A program made the translations under genes and the position numbers. Of a DNA stretch of 64,000 bases, positions 1-13,054 are shown in pieces. Below the pieces are notes generated by a model. The model searched no databases, was not told the origin of the DNA, and saw only the letters and a list, made by a program, of their open reading frames with translations. Source of the DNA: an uncultured Chloroflexia bacterium (lineage in GTDB: Bacteria > Chloroflexota > UBA6077 > JACCZL01); NCBI GenBank assembly GCA_963765765.1, contig CAVXYC010000021.1, forward strand, positions 1-64,000. Direction: 5' to 3'. Position 1 is the stretch's first letter. Every line of letters begins with the position of its first letter.

Positions 1-274
1 CGCGCGTCTCACAGCTCCACTGGCCGTCCCGCCGTCGCATCGATGACCGGAGGGTGGGGCGCTTCGTCCGCGGCGGCGGTAAGCGTCGAGGGGGAGCGGG
101 CAAGGCGTCGCAACCATTCCGGGTCAGGACGACCGGCCCGCCCGCCGCGGCCTCGACGAGCTCGGCCGGGAATCCTGCAGCGCCCCCATGTCCATGCGGG
201 CAGGCCTTCCAGCCCGGCGTGGTCCTGCCCGACGCTCCCGCTCGGGCGGATCGCTTCGTCTCCCGGTCCGGCAT
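1..274 (-). CDS. small protein, possibly Phd/YefM-type antitoxin (frameshifted; 3' end uncertain)
   Basis: AAGGAGG RBS before ATG at 274; translation contains ELVEAAAGGPVVLTRNG then, after a frameshift, LPLDAYRR, which resembles the Phd N-terminal pattern. Confidence 0.3.
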   Translation of the reverse strand, partial: MPDRETKRSARAGASGRTTPGWKACPHGHGGAAGFPAELVEAAAGGPVVLTRNGCDALPAPPRRLPPPRTKRPTLRSSMRRRDGQWSCETR

Positions 275-321
275 GGCGTGCACCTCCTTGCCCGCCGCCG
301 CTGGTCGTGGCGGGAGGCCCG

Positions 322-948
322 TTAAAGGCGCGTAATGGTGAATGGGAGGTTCGGGAGGCGCTCGGCGGACCGGGAGGGATCGACCCCGATGTTCAGGATC
401 TGCACCCGCCGGTTGCGGGGCTCCGCCGTCGCGTCGGGCGTCTGCACGAGCAACTGGGTTTCGCCGAAGCCGACGGCGTCGAACCGGGCCGCGGCGACGC
501 CGAGGCGGTTGACCAGTACTCGCGGACCGTGGACGCCCGGCGCTCCGACAAGGCCAGGTTGACCGTGCGCTTCGCCTGAGGTGTCGGTGTGCCCCTCGAT
601 CCTGAAGCGGTAGCGCGCGAGTTCCGGCGCGTTCAGCGCACGCGCCAGGGCTTCCAGCATCTTCTCGGCCTCGGCCGTCAAGGCCGCCGAACCGGACGGG
701 AACGGTAACGCCAGCGCGGCCGCCGCGGTTCCTTCGGGCGCCGTCGTCGGGCCGCCGCCTCGTCCAGCGGCCGGCCGCGCCCTGGGCGAGGTGAGCGCGG
801 TGGTGGAGAAGGACGGGGCCGGCGCTCGCCGGGCGGGCGCAGCAGCTCGATCAGTTGCGGGAGAGCGGGCATTTCCGTGGCCGCGACTCCGGCCCGACCG
901 GGCCGAGGCAGAGCGCGCCAGCGAACGCGAGGAGATGGCTTTCGACAT
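322..948 (-). CDS. OmpA-family peptidoglycan-binding outer membrane protein (frameshifted)
   Basis: FPSGSAALT..., RFRIEGHTD, FDAVGFGETQLLV and NRRVQILNIG are OmpA C-terminal domain motifs. Confidence 0.8.
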   Translation of the reverse strand: MSKAISSRSLARSASARSGRSRGHGNARSPATDRAAAPARRAPAPSFSTTALTSPRARPAAGRGGGPTTAPEGTAAAALALPFPSGSAALTAEAEKMLEALARALNAPELARYRFRIEGHTDTSGEAHGQPGLVGAPGVHGPRVLVNRLGVAAARFDAVGFGETQLLVQTPDATAEPRNRRVQILNIGVDPSRSAERLPNLPFTITRL

Positions 949-1150
949 GCCGGTGTATCAGCTGAACTCCCGCCGCACCCTCTCCACGAAACGCTGAACC
1001 GAATAGGTAGAAAGGTAGATGAATCTTCGCAGGTTGCGTCAACCGCCAGCGTTCCCGGTGCGCGCGATCCCTGGCCGGCGCATGGGCGCTTGTTTGACGC
1101 GGCGCATGGTGCGGCGGATGCTGTGCGCGCGATCGGGAGGGAGAGAGGGC

Positions 1151-1875
1151 ATGGTCGAGCGGCTCTTCGAACCGGCGGACCTGGAAGCGCTGCGCCGGTG
1201 GGACACGCCGACGATCTGCAACGCGCTGGAGGTCGTGGCGCCCGCGCGGCGCGGCCGCGGCTTCACGCATCAAGCCCTTCGCCGCGCGCCGACCCGGCGC
1301 TGCCGCCGATCTGCGGCTTGGCGCGCACGGGACGCATCCGCGCCGCGGCGCCGTCCGGCCGGACCGCGAGGAGCAGGACAGGCCGCGCGGCTCGGCTGGT
1401 ACGAGTACGTCGCCGACGCCGACCTGCCGACCGTCGTCGTGCTGGAGGACCTGGACGAGACGCCCGGCACCGGCGCCTTCTGGGGCGAGGTGAACACCAA
1501 CGTCCACAAGGGGCTCGGCGCGCTGGGCTGCGTCACCAACGGCTCGTTCCGCGACCTCGACATGCTCGCGCCGGGCTTCCAGATCATCGGCGTGGTGAAC
1601 CCGTCCCACGCCTATGTCCATGTCGTGGACTTCGGCGGCGAGGTCGCTGGTCCACGGCATGCCGTGCTCGCATGACGACGTGGTCCACGCGGACCGCCAC
1701 GGCGCGGTGGTCATCCCGGCCGACGCCGTGCGCGCGCTGCCGGCGGCCATCGACCTCATCGCGCGCCGGGAGAAGGTGGTGCTCGACATGTGCAAGCGCG
1801 AGCGATTTCAGCATCGCCGCGCTGCGCGAGGCCCTCGCGAAGGCGGACGAGATCCATCGCCGCATCGACGCAGGG

Positions 1876-1880
<5 letters not shown>
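1151..1880 (+). CDS. RraA-family (HMG aldolase/RraA-like) protein (frameshifted, end approximate)
   Basis: DTPTICNALE, GAFWGEVNTNVHKGLGALGCVTNGSFRD and DVVHADRHGAVVIP across frames. Confidence 0.8.
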
Positions 1881-3048
<1,168 letters not shown>

Positions 3049-3133
3049 TGCGCTCTGAAGCTAAGGTTGCACGACCGCGGGATGCGCCATGCCCCGTCGC
3101 GGGAACTGCCGGCAGGAAGGCGCCTTTCGATCC

Positions 3134-5022
3134 GTGCATACGAACTCTGCAAGGTTCTCGGCCTTCTGCTCCTGCCTCCTCGATCGGGCTCGCGTCTTCC
3201 CAGGAAACGCCGGCGGAGCCGCGCCGCTGCGTGCCGTACCAGACCGAGATCGCGGCCACCGGCGATGGCCGCCTCGATGCGGCGCTGCAAGGCCGTTTCC
3301 CAACTCGGCGCAGCTGCAGGAACAGGCGCCGACCGGCGCCATCGGCCGTGCTCGGCCGCGCCGCGCCGACCGGGACCGGTTGCCGCGCGCCCTGCAGTCG
3401 CGAAGGCTACTGGGCCGGCACCGCGCGCATGACCATCGCCGGCCTGCCGCGTCGGACGCGCCCGACCTGGCCGACCGGCTGGAGCGACTCGGCGACCGGC
3501 GCCGGTGCCGGTGCGTCGTCGCGGTCGACAAGGGCGAGGCCTACCGGATCGCCAGCATCTCGGTGCGCTCGGCGACGCCGGAGGGCGCCGCCGCGGTCGC
3601 CGCCGCCGCGGACGACCTTCGGCCTCGCGCGTCGGCGACCCGGCGCGCGCGGAGCCGGTGCTGGCGGCGGAGCGCCGCCTGCTGGACCGGCTGCTGGCCG
3701 CCGGCCACCCGCTGGCGACGGTCGCCGGGCGGGAAACCGTGGTGAACCACGACCGGCGGACGATGGACGTCGCCTGGCGCTTCGCGCCCGGCCCGGCGGC
3801 GCGCTTCGCCGCGCCGGAGGTCGAAGGCGCCGAGCGCGTGGACACCGGCTTCCTCCAGCGCTACGCCGCGGGCCGCCTGGAGGGCGAGCCCTACAGCCCG
3901 GAACGCCTGGAGCGGGCGCGGCGCGAGCGTGATGGCGCTCGGCCCCTTCGCTTCGGTGCGGGCCCGGGCCGCCGACCGGCTCGACGCGACGGGCCGGCTG
4001 CCGACGACCTTCACCGTCACCGAGCGCGCGCGCCACGCCATCGGCGTCAGCGCCGCCTACGAAACCAACTACGGCCCCATCGGTGCGCGTCTACTGGGAG
4101 CACCGCAACCTGTTCGGCGGGGCCGAGCGGCTGCGGCTGGAGGCGGAGGTCGCGCGGATCGGCACCGGCGGCTCCGATCGGGGAGATGACCTACCGGGCC
4201 GGCGCCACCTACCGCGACCCCGGCCTGTTCGGCCGCGACCTGACGCTGGTGGTCAGCCTGTTCGCGCTGCGCGAGCGGCTCGAGGCCTACGACCGCGACG
4301 CCGTCACCGGCTCCGTCCTGCTCGAGCGGCGGCTCTCCGAGCGGCTGACCGTCTTCGCCGGGCCGACGGCTCGATTTCGGCCGCATCGGCCCGCCGGACG
4401 GCGAACCTGCAGCCCCTACCAGATCGCCGGCGTGACTGTTCGGCGGCCGCTACGACGGCACCGACAGCCTGCTCGACCCGTCGCAGGGGCTGGCGGGCGA
4501 ACGGCACCGTCACGCCCGTCCTACAGCTTCGCGACGAGCGCCCCCTTCGCGCCGCTGCGCGTCACCGCGCAGCACCTACTGGGACGTGCTCGGCGACCGC
4601 CGCAGCATCCTCGCCGCGCGCGGCACGCTCGGCTCGCTGCTCGGGCGCCGAACTGGCCGACGTGCCGCGGCACATGCGCTTCTACGCCGGCGGCGGCGGC
4701 TCGGTGCGCGGCTACGACTACCAGTCGATCGGCCCGCGCGACGAGCGCAACCGGCCCTCTGGCGGCGGCAGCCTGCTGGAAGCCAGCCTCGAATGGCGCC
4801 AGCGGGTCTGGGGCGACATCGGCGCCGTCGCCTTCGTCGATGCCGGCACGGTCGGCACCAGCTCCGCGCCGGAGTTCTCCAACCTGCGCGTCGGCGCCGG
4901 CCTCGGCGTGCGCTACTACACCGCCGATCGGGCCGATGCGCGCCGATGTGGCGGTGCCGCTGGTGAAGCAGCAGGGCTCGTCGGGCTTCGGCCTCTACGT
5001 CGGCATCGGCCAGGCGTTCTGA
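3134..5022 (+). CDS. tamA: TamA / BamA-family autotransporter assembly outer membrane protein (frameshifted, start approximate)
   Basis: POTRA-like region, HRNLFGGAERL, RFYAGGGGSVRGY, GAGLGVRYYT and C-terminal LYVGIGQAF; lies directly upstream of tamB. Confidence 0.85.
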
Positions 5023-5025
5023 GCC

Positions 5026-8000
5026 ATGCGATGGCTGCGCTGGACGCTTCTGCTGCTGTTCGTGCTGGTCAGCCTGCCGGTGCTCGCGCTGGTCGGCGTG
5101 CTCGCCTGGGCGAACACCGAGGGCGGCCAGGCCCGCCTGGCGGCGCTCGCCGCGGCGCAGGTCCCGGGCCTGACGATCGAGGGCCTGCACGGGCCGCTGC
5201 CGGCGATGGCGGGCGCGGCGCGGCATCACCATGGCGGACGCCGACGGCGTGTGGCTGGTGGTCGAGGAGGCGCGCGGCTCGCCCTCGACTACTCGGCCCT
5301 GCTCGCGGGCATCCTGCGGATCGAGGCCTGGAGGCGGCGCGGATCGAGATCAGCCGGCCGCCCCTGCCCTCCGACGCGCCGCCGCCCGAGCCGCAGCCGC
5401 CGTCCGAAGGCGTGCTGCCGCACCTGCCCAGCCTGCCGGTGGCCGATCGCGCTCGACCGGTTGGCGGTCGGCCGGATGGAGATCGGCGCGCCGGTGCTCG
5501 GCACGGCCGCGGCCTTCGCGGTATCGGCGATGCGCATCTCGGCGACGGGCGCGCTGCAGGCCGCGCTCGAGCTGCGGCGGCTCGACGCCGAGGGCCAGGC
5601 CGCGCTCGACCTGCGCCTTTCCCCGGCGGAGGACCGGCTGCACGCCAAGGCCTCGGTGCGCGAAGGGCCGGACGGCTTGGTGCCGGCCTTGCTCGGGCAG
5701 CCGGGCCAGCCGCTGGCGCTCGACCTTGACCCTGGACGGGCCGGCGTCGCGGCGCCGCGCTCGACCTCGAGGCGAGCCTCGGTCCCGACCTCGCGCTCGC
5801 GGTGGCGCGGCACGGTGCGGGCCGCGCCCGACGGCGCCGCCGGCGCGGCCCTCGACGGCACCGCCCGGCTGCGGGCGCTGCTGCCGCCCGATGTCGCGCC
5901 CCTCGCGAGGAGGCTGGCGTTCTCGCTGCGACGCCGACCTCGGCCCGACCGGCGCGTCGACCGTCGAGCGGCTGGACCTGCGCGCGCCCGCCGGCACCCT
6001 CTCGGCCAGCGGGCAGCCGAACCTGTCCACCGAAGCCCTCGACCTCGCGCGGCGCTGGACCTGCCGGAAGCCGAGCGGTTCCGCCCTCTGGTGCCGGAGA
6101 CGGCTGCACTGGCGCGCGGTCAACGCGGAGGCCCGGATCGGCGGCACCTTCGCCGAGCCATCGATCGATCTCCGGCTGCGCCCCGAGGGGCTCGGCACCG
6201 GCATGCCGCAGGCCGATGCGCTGCTCGGCCCGGCGCCGCGCCTCGCGCTCCGCGCCGCGCTGCCCGGACCGCGCTTCGATGCGACGCTGGAGGGCGCCGC
6301 CGCCAGCCTTACGGCGCGCGGCAGCTTGGCCGAGCCGATCGCGCTCGATGCGCGGCTCTCGCTGCCGCACCTCGCGGTCCTCGGCGCCGGCTCCGAAGGC
6401 GCGCTGGAAGCCGAGCTCCGCGCCGAGGGGCCGAGGAGCCGACCCCGAATCACCTTGACACGCCCGCTCCGGCCGCATCGACGCCGCGGGCAAGGTGCTG
6501 GAGCGCTGCCGCTCGACGCCGTCGTCACGCGCCCGCATCCGCGCCCACCGCGGACGCGCGACGCGAGCGGCGAGATCGAGGGCCTGCCGATCTCCCTCGA
6601 TGTCCGCGGCCGGCCGGACGGCCAGGCGCTGCGGATCGAGGAGGGCGACGCGCAGCTCGGCCCGGCGCGGCTGGCCGTCGCCGGGCGCTGGACACGGCCG
6701 GCCCGCTCTTCGACGGCACCGCGCAGCTGGAGGCGCCCGACCTCGCCCCGCTCGGCGCGCTTGGCCGGGCCAGCCCGGCCTCGCCGGCCGGCTGGCCTGG
6801 ACGCGCCTTCGCCCGCGCGCCGAGCGGCGAGCAGGGCTTCGACGCGAAGCTCGATGCCCCGCGGCTCGTCTATGCCGGCAGCGAGGGCAGCCTCCGCGCC
6901 ACCGCCAAGGGCACGCCCTCCGCCCTGGACTGGACCGTGCAGGGACGCGCCGCCGAAGGCAGCCTTTCGGGCCGCGGCAAGGTCTGCCGCGACCGATGGC
7001 GGCTGGCAGGCTCGACCTCGAAAGCCTCGAAGCGCAGGGCCTCGGCGAGACCGTGCGCCTCGCTTCCCCGACGCACGTCACGCTGGGCGCCGATGGCGGC
7101 GTGCGGCTGCCCGGGCTGGCGCTGGCGCTCGGCCGCGGCGGGCGGTTGCAGGCGGCCGGCCGCTGGGGGCCGGAGCGGGCCGACCTGACGGCGACGGTCG
7201 CCGCCCTGCCGCTGGCGCTCGCCGGCGCGCTTCGTGCCCGACCTGCGACCGGAGGGAACGGCTGTCGGCCGAGGTCCGCGCCACCGGCCCGGTCGCCCAG
7301 CCGGAGATCCGCGGCACGCTGCAGGCCAGCGGCCTCGGGTCGGCGCCGATTGGGGCCGCGGCCTGCCGGTCGGCGTCCCTGCGGGCCGAAGGCAGGCTTG
7401 TCCGGCGAGACCGCCCAGGCTGCGCGCCGAAATCGACGCCGGCGCCGGCGGCAGCTGGCGGCCACCGCGCCGGCTGCCCGCGCGGCTTCGGCGCCGACCG
7501 CGCCGCTGGCGGCGACCCTGGACGGCAGCCTCAACCTCGCGCCGCTCGCCGCGCCCTTCCTCGCCGCCGGCGCCGACCGCGTCACCGGCCGGCTGGCGGT
7601 CGCGCTGCGCGCCGAGGGCACGCTCGGCGCCCCGCGTCCTCGCCGGCCGCGCCACGCTGTCGGACGGCGACTACCGCAACACCGTCTACGGCGTCCGCAT
7701 CAGCGACCTCGCCGGCAGCTGGCCGGCAACGGCACGCGCCTGGTGATCGAGCGCCTCGAAGGGCGCACGGCCGGCGACGGCACCATCGGCGTGCGGGGCA
7801 GCATCGACGTCGGCGCCCCCGGCTTCCCGGCCGACATCACCATCACCGCCCGCAACGCGCGGCCGGTGGTCTCCGACCTCGTCACCGCCACGCTCGGCGC
7901 CGATCTGCGCCTGGCGGGGCCGGTGACGGGCGGCGGCACGTTGTCCGGCGAGGTGCGCATCCAGAGCGCCGAGATCCGCATCCCCGAACCGCATGCCCGG

Positions 8001-8843
8001 CCAGCGTGCCCGACGCTGGCCAACGTGCGCGAAGTCGGCGGCCGCGCCGCCGGCCGCGGCGCGCGCGCGCGCCGCAGCCGCGGCGCCGCCGCGCCCGCCG
8101 GCCCCGCCGGCCGCCGCCGCCTGAACCTCGCGGTGCAGGTCGCTCGCGCCGCGCGCCGTCTTCATCCGCGGCCGCGGCGTCGAGGTGGAGCTCGGCGGCG
8201 ACGTGACGATCGGCGGCACCGTCGCCGCAGCCGGTGCCGAGCGGCGGCCTGACGGCTGCGCCGCGGGACGCTCGAACATCCTGGCGACGCCGGCTGACCT
8301 TCCAGCGCGGCACCATCACCTTCGCCTCCGGCACGCTGGTGCCGCAGCTCGACCTGCAGGCGCAGGCGACGGCGAGCCAGAACACGATCACCGTCTTCAT
8401 CCGCGGCACGCCGACCGCGCCGGAGGTGACCTTCACCTCCGTCCCGGAACTGCCGCAGGACGAGATCCTGGCGCAGCTGCTGTTCGGCAGGGCGACCAGC
8501 AGCCTGTCGCCCTTCGAGATCGCCCAGATCGCCGCCGCGGTCGCCGCAGCTCACCGGCGTGGGCGGCGGCGGCGCGGGCGCGCTGGACCGGGTGCGCAGC
8601 GCCCTGGGCCTGGACCGGCTCGGCGTCGGAGCAGCGGCACCGGCGCCTCCACCCGCCCGACGGTGGAGGCCGGGCGCTACGTCGCGCCGGGCGTCTTCCT
8701 CGGCGTGCGGCAGGGCGCGACGGGCGGGCAGACCGGGGTCGGCGTGCAGGTGGAGATCACGCCCGCGGCTCAAGCTCGAAGGGGAAACCGCGACCGGCCC
8801 GGCCGGCGACCGCCTCGGCCTCTCCTACGAGCTCGAATACTGA
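5026..8843 (+). CDS. tamB: TamB translocation/assembly module protein (heavily frameshifted)
   Basis: N-terminal TM anchor MRWLRWTLLLLFVL; DUF490-like C-terminus (VELGGD, LPQDEILAQLLFG, EAGRYVAPGVFLG, GLSYELEY); follows tamA. Confidence 0.85.
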
Positions 8844-8852
8844 ACGCGCCGC

Positions 8853-9862
8853 TCATTCGGCGGCGGTGTCGAGCGCCGCTTCCCAGGCGGGGTTCAGCAT
8901 CGGCGACGGCGCGCCGAGCCGCGCGCGCGCGTCGTGGTACTCGCGCCGGAGCCGCGCCACCAGCTCGCCCGCCGGCACCACCGCGGCGACCCCGCCGATG
9001 CCCTGGCCCGATCCCCAGATGTCCTTCCAGCGCCGCTTGCTGCGGTCGGTGCCGAAGCTCATCTGCGACGGGTCGGAGGTCGGCAGGTTGTCCGGATCGA
9101 GGCCGGCGCGGCGGAGCGACGCCTTCAGGTAGTTGCCGTGCACGCCGGTGATGACGTTGGTGTAGACGATGTCGTCGGCGGCGTGGTCCACGATCATCTG
9201 CTTGTGCTCCTCGACCGCCCGCGCTTCCGTGGTGGCGATGAAGGCGCTGCCGATATAGCCGAAATCGGCGCCCATCGCCTCCGCCGCCAGGATGGACGCG
9301 CCGTGCGAGATGGCGCCCGACAGGGCGAGCGGCCCGTCGAACCAGGCGCGCGTCTCCCGCACCAGCGCGAAGGGCGAGATCGAGCCGGCATGCCCGCCGG
9401 CCCCGCCGCGACCAGCACCAGCCCGTCGGCGCCCTTCTCCATCGCCTTGCGCGCGAAGTTCTGGTTGATGACGTCGTGCAGCACATGGCCGCCATAGGAG
9501 TGCACGGCCTGGTTCACCTCCGGCCGCGCGCCGAGGCTGGTGATGATGATCGGCACCCGGTGCTTCACGCAGACCGCCAGGTCGTGCTCCAGCCGGTCGT
9601 TGGAGTTGTGGACGATGAGGTTGATGGCGAAGGGCGCCGCCGGGCGCTCGGGATGCCGCGCGTCGTGCGCCGCCAAGCGCTCCTGGATCTCGACCACCCA
9701 TTCCTCGAACTGCTCGGCGGGCGCGCATTCAGGGATGGCATGGAGCCGACCATGCCCGCGGTGCACTGCGCCACCACGAGGTCGGGCACCGAGATGATGA
9801 AGAGCGGCGCCGCGATGGCCGGCAGGGAGAGCCGGCCCTCCAAGGCTGGCGAGCAGGGACAT
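8853..9862 (-). CDS. nitronate monooxygenase family protein (frameshifted)
   Basis: LPAIAAPLFIIS, FAINLIVH, AGGHAGSISPFAL, MGADFGYIGSAFIAT, WGSGQG. Confidence 0.85.
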
Positions 9863-10026
9863 GGCGCGATGTTCCTCCATCGGATCGCGATTGCGGCGAT
9901 GTCGCCATGCGGCACCCGTCGGGTCAAGCGCGGCAACCCCTCGGCGTGCATTTCCGTTGCGCCGATCCCACCCAAGCAATAGGTGAGGCAGGACGGCGGA
10001 GCCGCCGGGCTGCGGGGGTTGGAAGC

Positions 10027-10987
10027 ATGGTGGAACGCAGGAGCCTGGTCGCGCTCGCCCTCGCGGCGGGAGCGCCGCGCATCGCGCGGGCGCAGAGCCC
10101 CGAAGGCCCGATCACGATCCTGGTCCCGTTCACGCCCGGCACCGGCGTCGACATCCTCGCCCGGCTGGTCGCGCCCTTCCTCCAGGGCCGCTTCGCCCAG
10201 CCTTTCGTCGTCGAGAACCGGCCCGGCGCGTCCGGCAACATCGGCACGCAGGCGGTGGCCCGCGCCGCGCCCGATGGCCGCACCCTGCTGCTCCAGGCCA
10301 ACACCTTCGTCATGAACCCGAGCCTGTTCAAGCAGGTGCCCTATGACCCGGTCGGCAGCTTCCCCCGATCATCCGCCTGACGCGCGGCGACCTGGTGCTC
10401 GCCGTCCACCCGGCGTGCCCGCCGGCGGATGCCCGCGCCTTCGGCGACGCTGGCGCGCGCGCTCCACCGCCCTGAACTACGCCAGCCCCGGCAACGGCAC
10501 GCCGCAGCATCTCGGCATGGAGCTGTTCCGCCTGGTCGCGGATGTCCGGATGAACCACGTCCCGTACCGCGGCAGCGCCCCCGCGATGCAGGACCTCATC
10601 GCCGGCCGCGTGGCGGCCATGGTGCTGCCGGTGCATACCGCCATTCCCCTCGCGGCGGCGGACCACATCCGGTTGCTGGCGGTCGGCAGCCCGCAGAGGT
10701 CGGCCGCGGTGCCGGACGTCCCCACCATGGCCGAAGCGGGCTTCCCCGGCGCGGAGGTCGACCTTTGGTACGGCCTGCTCGGTCCCGCCGGCCTGCCCGC
10801 CACCATGCGGGAGGCGTTGCGCGCGGCGCTCGACGAATGGCTGCGCCTGCCCGCCACCAAGGAGCAGTTGCAGGCGCAGGGCATGACCCCGGTCGGCGGC
10901 AGCTCGGAGGACTTCGCCTCGGTGATCGCCAGCGACCGCGACCGCTGGGCGTCCGTCATCCGCAGGGCGGGATTGTCGGCGGACTGA
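10027..10987 (+). CDS. Bug/TctC tripartite tricarboxylate transporter substrate-binding protein (frameshifted)
   Basis: VPFTPGTGVDILARL, VENRPGASGNIG, HVPYRGSAPAMQDL, PDVPTMAEAG. Confidence 0.88.
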
Positions 10988-11011
10988 CCGCGCCCCACCT
11001 GCGCGCGAGCC

Positions 11012-11707
11012 ATGGCCCCCGATCGCATCGTCACCCTCACCCTGAACCCCAGCGTCGACATCGCGTCCGATGCCGACGGGGTGCGACCCGTCCGCAAGGT
11101 GCGGACGCGCGACGAAACCTTCGATCCGGGCGGCGGCGGCGTGAACGTCTCCCGCGTGCTGCGCGAGCTCGGCGCGGACACGCTCGCGGTGGTCGCCGCC
11201 GGCGGCGTCAGCGGCCGCCTGCTGGAGGAATTGCTGGGCGAAGGGGGCGTGCCGCACGAAATCGTCCCGACCGCCGGCCGCACCCGCATCAGCTACACGG
11301 TGCACGACCTCGGCGTGAAGCAGGAATATCGATTCGTGCCGGAAGGCCCGATCTTCGCGGAGAGGAATGGCAAGCCGCGCTGGGCGCGCTCGACCAATCC
11401 GAAGGCGGCTGGATCGTCGCCAGCGGCAGCCTGCCACGGGGCGTGCCTCCGGAGTTCTACGCCCAAGCCGCCGCGAGGCCGCCAACCGTGGCCGGCGTTT
11501 CGTGCTCGACACCTCCGGCGCGCCGCTCCGCGCCGCGATGGGCAGGGGGCTCGCGCTCATCAAGCCGAGCCGGGGCGAGTTCAAGGACCTCGTGGGCGGG
11601 CAGCTCGACACGCCCGAGGACAGGACGAAGCGGCGATCCGCCTGGTGCGGAAGGGTCTGCGGAACTGGTCGCGGTGACGCTCGGCAATGAAGGGGCGATG
11701 TTGGCCG
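11012..11707 (+). CDS. 1-phosphofructokinase/PfkB-family hexose kinase, 3'-truncated at the segment junction
   Basis: TLTLNPSVD, PGGGGVNVSRV, SGSLPRGV, LDTSG, IKPS and VTLGNEGAMLA; the GAGD motif is absent because the sequence switches to an unrelated gene. Confidence 0.8.
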
Positions 11708-11715
11708 GATCGCGT
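11700..11715. other. junction between two unrelated genomic segments (probable chimera or contig join)
   Basis: The PfkB reading (…EGAMLA) abuts a Rieske reading (IAFRDTDGNVG…) at 11708/11709; both genes are truncated; GC content and indel density drop abruptly. Confidence 0.85.
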
Positions 11716-12887
11716 TTCGAGACACCGATGGCAACGTTGGCCTTGTTGCGCAGAACTGCCCGCACCGTGGCGCTTCGCTCTTCTTCGGCCGCAACGAGGA
11801 GTCTGGACTGCGGTGCGTCTATCACGGCTGGAAGTTCGATACTTCCGGTGCCTGTGTGGATATGCCGAACGAGCCGCCTGAGAGCAATTTCAAGCACAAG
11901 GTCAAGGTCACGGCGTATCCATGTGAGGATCGCAATGGCATCGTGTGGACCTACATGGGACCGCGCTCAACGCCTCCCCCGTTGCCAGATCTCGAATGGA
12001 ACACGCGGCCGGACAACATCCCGTGGATGTGGCGAAACTTCCGAGACTGCAATTGGATGCAAGCGATCGAAGGCGGTATCGATTCATCCCACGTGAATTT
12101 CTTGCACCGCACGTTCGCCGAGACAGACACAAATACGGTCCCGGGCATCAACGCGGGACCACGGTCCGGCGGGAACGAGATCAAGATGTTCGGTCAGAAC
12201 GACTCGGCCCCCCGACTCGAGATCGTGGACACGCCCTACGGCGCGATTTACACAGGCGCTCGGCGCGTTGACGATGAGACCGAATACCACCGTATCCACC
12301 CATTCATGTTCCCAAACCACAACATGATCGGCGGCGGGGTCAACGAAGCTGAGTCCAATTACACCGGCATGGTCTGGGTGCCCATGGATGATTACACCAC
12401 CCTGGTGCTGGAGTATCAGTGGCGTTCAACCGGCCCGTACTCGGACGCGGAAAAAGAGCAGCTCATGAAGGTGCGGAACGCCTGGGGCTTCGCGCCGGCG
12501 ACCAGCGAGCCGGGCAGCGCCTGGAAGTTCAAGGCCAATGCCAGCAACGACTACCTGATCGACTACGAGCTACAGAAGACGCGGCTCTTCTGTGGAATTC
12601 AGGGTAATCCGTTGCAGGATGGCGCCGTCCAGGAAGGCATGGGGCCTATCTACGATCGGACCAAGGAGCACCTGGGCACCGCGGACGCCATGATCATCCG
12701 TGTTCGACGACTCTTACTTAATGCACTCAACGCATACGTTCAGCACGGCGTCACGCCGCCTGGCGTGGACAATCCTGAGTGGTACTCGATTCGCCCGGTC
12801 GGCGCTCTCTTGCCCCACGGGTCCAATTGGGTAGAGGCAACTGCCGAACGGCGCAAGGGCGGGTATACGGTCAAGACCGCGGTATAG
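11709..12887 (+). CDS. Rieske non-heme iron oxygenase alpha subunit (phthalate dioxygenase/LigX-like), 5'-truncated
   Basis: The frame of ORF 11856 extends upstream to IAFRD…NCPHRGASLFFGRNEESGLRCVYHGW; EGGIDSSHVNFLH iron site; in-frame TGA at 11688-11690 shows the N-terminus is missing. Confidence 0.9.
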   Translation: MAFRDTDGNVGLVAQNCPHRGASLFFGRNEESGLRCVYHGWKFDTSGACVDMPNEPPESNFKHKVKVTAYPCEDRNGIVWTYMGPRSTPPPLPDLEWNTRPDNIPWMWRNFRDCNWMQAIEGGIDSSHVNFLHRTFAETDTNTVPGINAGPRSGGNEIKMFGQNDSAPRLEIVDTPYGAIYTGARRVDDETEYHRIHPFMFPNHNMIGGGVNEAESNYTGMVWVPMDDYTTLVLEYQWRSTGPYSDAEKEQLMKVRNAWGFAPATSEPGSAWKFKANASNDYLIDYELQKTRLFCGIQGNPLQDGAVQEGMGPIYDRTKEHLGTADAMIIRVRRLLLNALNAYVQHGVTPPGVDNPEWYSIRPVGALLPHGSNWVEATAERRKGGYTVKTAV

Positions 12888-12924
12888 GGCTGTACCCTTT
12901 GTCGATACGTTGAGAAGACGGCGT

Positions 12925-13021
12925 GGACCCCACCCAGCCCTCCCCCGCTGCGGCAGGGAGGAGCGATTTTTCACTAAACACGCTCCCTCCCTGCCGCAGC
13001 GGGGAGGGCTGGGTGGGGTCC
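12925..13021. repeat. REP-like inverted repeat pair between convergent genes
   Basis: GGACCCCACCCAGCCCTCCCCCGCTGCGGCAGGGAGGAGCG is paired with CGCTCCCTCCCTGCCGCAGCGGGGAGGGCTGGGTGGGGTCC. Confidence 0.75.
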
Positions 13022-13054
13022 CTTCGCGGTGCGTTCCTCCTCGGGCAACGGAGT

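Noticed and set aside
10429-12096. PfkB-Rieske fusion protein across the junction
   Set aside because: The two coding frames differ and an in-frame TGA precedes the Rieske part; it is an artefact of the join.
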